Shown in pieces: positions 50,501-54,192 of a stretch of DNA of 54,192 bases. The stretch comes from Callorhinchus milii. Its lineage: Eukaryota. The notes below the pieces were generated by a model, which was not told the DNA's origin, did not search any database, and worked only from the letters and a program-made list of their open reading frames with translations. How positions within the stretch are numbered: the first letter of the stretch is position 1; each line of letters begins with the position of its first letter. The DNA lies in assembly GCF_018977255.1 (NCBI RefSeq), contig NW_024705329.1:1-54192 (forward strand), in the 5' to 3' direction. A program made the position numbers and the translations under genes.

Positions 50501-53500
50501 AGTTTGCTGACTGTATAAACGTAATTCCAGGGACAGAGATGCTAAAACAATTTGGCATCCCATGAGACGTATCGATAAACTGGCTTCTACAATCGTGGCA
50601 CTTTGTCTCGGAACACTTCAGATTACTCCCGGTGAGCATTCCAGGAATTCAGTTGTTGTCAAAGTGAGTGCATCACCGTTGGTTCGGAGAGCCAATGCTT
50701 ACGGTCGGCAAGCGGTGCCCCTTGATATCAAGAGTCTGAAGTGGGATTGCTACTTCATAGAGAATTTACAAGGTGCGATATTAATCACAGCAATTAATAG
50801 GTCCGTGGGAAGGAGCATAAAATCCTTAGTGAAGTAACTGTCTTATTGTAAAGAACGCCACTGCTCTCATTGCGTCTAAAATCTCTATCGTTAACCCAGG
50901 GATCAACAACTGCTTGAATCCAGGCCAATTTGCGAAGTTGCTGAACGAACCTGGAACGATACACATAAGATTGGGGGATTGCAAACGCCGCGGTGAGCAC
51001 CATAGGGTCGTCGAATCAAGCGATAAAAAATCGGTAGGTGCCTGTAGAGTAGACTAGTTGTTTTATATCTTCTACCAGAGCTAAAACGACATATGGCGGC
51101 AAAGGCAGGGTCAACAGCGTAAGGAATGGGTATCGCAGCCGGACTATGCAAACTGGACGATGCCAGATAGACGCTTCGTACGAATATCAGTACTTCTGCG
51201 AGCGTCAGTTTCAAACACCTATCACTTTCGCCGCTACGGGTCGGAGAATTAAGGGACTGCATACGCTGGAATGGTGCTGTTACCGATCACGATTGGCGAT
51301 CTCTATGTCGATGGCATCTACGCGGAACCCAGTTTCATAGCTTCAGAAACTCAGTTACTAAGGAGAGCTACATACTCAAGCATTCGCGAAAGGCTACCAG
51401 ATATTGAGTAGTTATTAGTTAGGCCTTGAGATGCGCAGAGGTATGTGTTCAATAACGTAATAGTACCCGTATTCTAGTACTGCCAAAAGCGTGCTGGATG
51501 GGATCTGTATGGGCTGTTATGTGGTATGATCGAGTAAGTTCGCCCGGCGATAAGCGCAAGGCGAGATTGTGCGTAACCGACCAGGTGTTTGCTCCGGGAC
51601 GCATGGTTGCATAAACTTAGTGACCACGGCTGCTTCCTTTACTTTGATTACTAAGACTGAATCTTTCGTTTGCCAAAATAAGAATCAAGCCAAGGGTGAG
51701 TGTCCCCACGATTTCGCTACCGATCGGCTCTACTGTGTCACGCTAGAATCCGGCGTCATCACGGAAACTCCACCAGATTGACTTCAAGCTGATTCCTGGC
51801 GGAAGTCCGAAAAGGTTCAAATCCTGCTTGGTTGCTCTGAGACCGCAATAGGTCGCTGATGGCTAAAGCTTGACGGAACCCGTGTCCGCTGGGAAAAGCC
51901 TTATCGGATGTAAAGCTGTGTGTTAAAGGGGCCTCCTCACTCACATGGTTAAACGCTGGGACCAGAGACGAATGGAGTATGGTAAACATAGATGTAGATG
52001 TATCAACCCAGAGATAACTTTTGCACTGAAAAGGTGCCTAGCGAAAATGCAGCGCGAGACCTCGGTTGGGTTAGGAGCAATGAGGGCTGTCTCCCGTTCT
52101 TTATCTTCTCTTTACAACTCACGCTACATAGAAAGGATATAGGTGCGCAGCCGGTTGTGAAGGTTCTTGGAAAAACCTGGTGGGCCGAATGATCCTCCTT
52201 AGTTTTCTCAGTTTGGGGTCTACGGGTTAGGATATCCCAGTGACTTAGATAAGGTCCCTCTCCCCCCAACAGCGACTTGAGGAGCAACCTGAGCGTTGTA
52301 CCGCTAGATTTCTCTGACCCACTTTTGGTGGCTCTGAATGTCTGGTTAATTGTCAAGTTAACCACGGAACGTGATCCGCTACATTTGCCCTGCCTCGTAG
52401 AAGATTTAATATTTAGACGTGCAACGTAGTTAGAAGAAGACCAGAGTCACACATAGCTGGAGCAATCACAGTCCTTTAGCGCGCGACTTCATAGAGTGCA
52501 GCGTCAATAAACAGTGTCTCAAGCACCTTTGCAACAGCCTTGCCCTCCAAGCTCATTTTGGCGGCGACTACCAACTCAGGAGGGACTCTGTGTCTCCCAG
52601 AATCAGAGGTAGCTGTCAGAGAAACCACCGTATTCCAGACAGCCAGAGACCAGCTCTAGAAGCGTTCTGGGTGTCCCTTCCACCCGTGTGATGTTTGGAT
52701 AGTTAGTGCGGAGGCTATTAGATCATGCTGGTAGTCTGGATCCGGTAACAAAGCATAGAACGCCCTTCTGCAGCGTGCATATACGGAAAGACAGTAGGTG
52801 AGTCAACGCGGTGTGATTCTCACTTTGTCGCGATTTGATGAGCCGTCTATTGAGTTCGTATATGGCGGGAGATCAGACAAGTGGGCCCCAGGTGCATTCC
52901 CTCGTGGAGAATCGAATCTCCACCATCTAATCCTTAGGCGCCCACGAACGCGGGAGGATGAGTCTCCGGCTTTTATCCAACGGATTTTAGAGGAGCCGCC
53001 TCCCGAAGTTCTTCACAACGACACCCCAGCAATGCTGCGTTTCGGGGATGTGAGCGTAGCGTAAGTCTTTTAGTAACATTTATGCGTCTTATCTTATCAG
53101 AGGTCGTGGTGCGGCTATACAGTTAGTTCCGCGCTAACTGGGGGGCTCCAACCAGTTTAGAGATTAAGACAGGGGGGTCCGGTGGGTGAAGAAAGGCAGG
53201 AACCCAGGATCCAATGTCTATGATGCGCCTCTGTTTGCAGACCGTGCGCAGGAGGGTTGTGGGGGGATTGCTAGTGCGAATGCAGTGCAGGTATGTACAA
53301 TCTGTAATCAAATCCATTGAATGGCCATGGAACCGTGTTTGAAGAGGCGCCAATTGCATTCGGAAGATGATAGTAGGCAATGGGGAGACCTTATCGGGAG
53401 TGTTCTGATTTACGCTATAATTAATGGTCGCAGAAGTTACTGGTGCGTTATTAATATCATTGACTCAGGCTGTGTATAGGCGAATCTGCTCCCGATGCGT

Positions 53501-54192
53501 TCTAGACAGAGGCTGAACGATCTCCAGACTTCGGGTGTTAAACAATGAACACGAAGGAGAGCACGATAACGCGCTCTCGCTTGGGATTGACTTGCCGATG
53601 ACTCAGCTACCCAGTTTACTATCAAATGTCCTCACTCGGGAAATGTGATGGCAGATGTGCGCTTGCTCATCACTACTCGTCTCGCAAGCCCTGGTAAAGG
53701 CTAGGCTCCGACCGAGCGGTCCAGCAGCAATCTGTGATTAGTAAAGATACTAGGGGCTGTATTAAACGGAGCACCAAGAAGGACCCATTAGTAGGTAGGT
53801 TTCTCATGATGCCATCCCTAATTTTGTGTGCATCATACCCAATCGGAAATATCTCCATGGTGCCACGCCAAGCAGGGCTCCCTATACGCCCCATGGCGGT
53901 TGGCTGGATGTGCAGTTGGCACAAGATGTGGAGGGGTAGACCCCAAGCCTTTCCTAGGTTGGGAAGCATGCAAGGATGGTACAGTCGCTGCTAGTCCCAA
54001 GGCCATCCATATGGGACCCTCTAAACTTAAAAGTGCGCTTTGTCCCAAACGCGTAAGGAGAGACAGATCGGTCCGAACTAAGTCTAAAGCCCGTGCGTAT
54101 TCATTCGCGTACTGCCCCTGAGCGGGCGATGGCCCAAGTAGAAATCCCTGCGTTCCTCCTTATAGGGTTGTTGAAGCCAGTCCCCTGAATGC
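17522..54192. other. Featureless, random-like sequence (probable synthetic or shuffled filler)
   Basis: No microsatellites, long homopolymers or copies of the left-hand repeat families were seen. Base use looks even, with frequent CTAG/TA/CG. The longest ORF wholly inside is 137 aa, with no recognisable motifs. Confidence 0.85.

Overview
The window has two halves separated by a 30-N gap at 17492-17521. Bases 1-17491 look like real, repeat-rich, non-coding animal DNA. The V-SINE, CpG-rich GC-rich background and large satellites suggest a non-mammalian vertebrate such as lamprey; this is inference. No host protein-coding exon is recognisable, and the long ORFs are translations of satellites. 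This half holds tRNA-derived SINEs, decayed RTE and L2/CR1 LINE fragments, a Tigger/pogo-like MITE and several satellites. The most interesting content is two families of Penelope-like terminal repeats. Family A occurs at 6570-6875, 12740-13060 and 14083-14344. It carries two hammerhead-ribozyme cores (CTGATGA-A-stem II-GAAACGTC) whose stem II differs by a compensatory change. Family B occurs at 2725-2943, 3145-3271 and 11941-12010. Its copies share about 69 identical bases; two are fold-back hairpin insertions (one with a clean 13-bp TSD, one with a looser 9-bp flanking repeat), and one has a hammerhead 3' half in its loop. Bases 17522-54192 show no repeats, satellites, credible ORFs or compositional structure by eye and look like random or shuffled filler. 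All family assignments come from remembered consensus motifs, not database searches.
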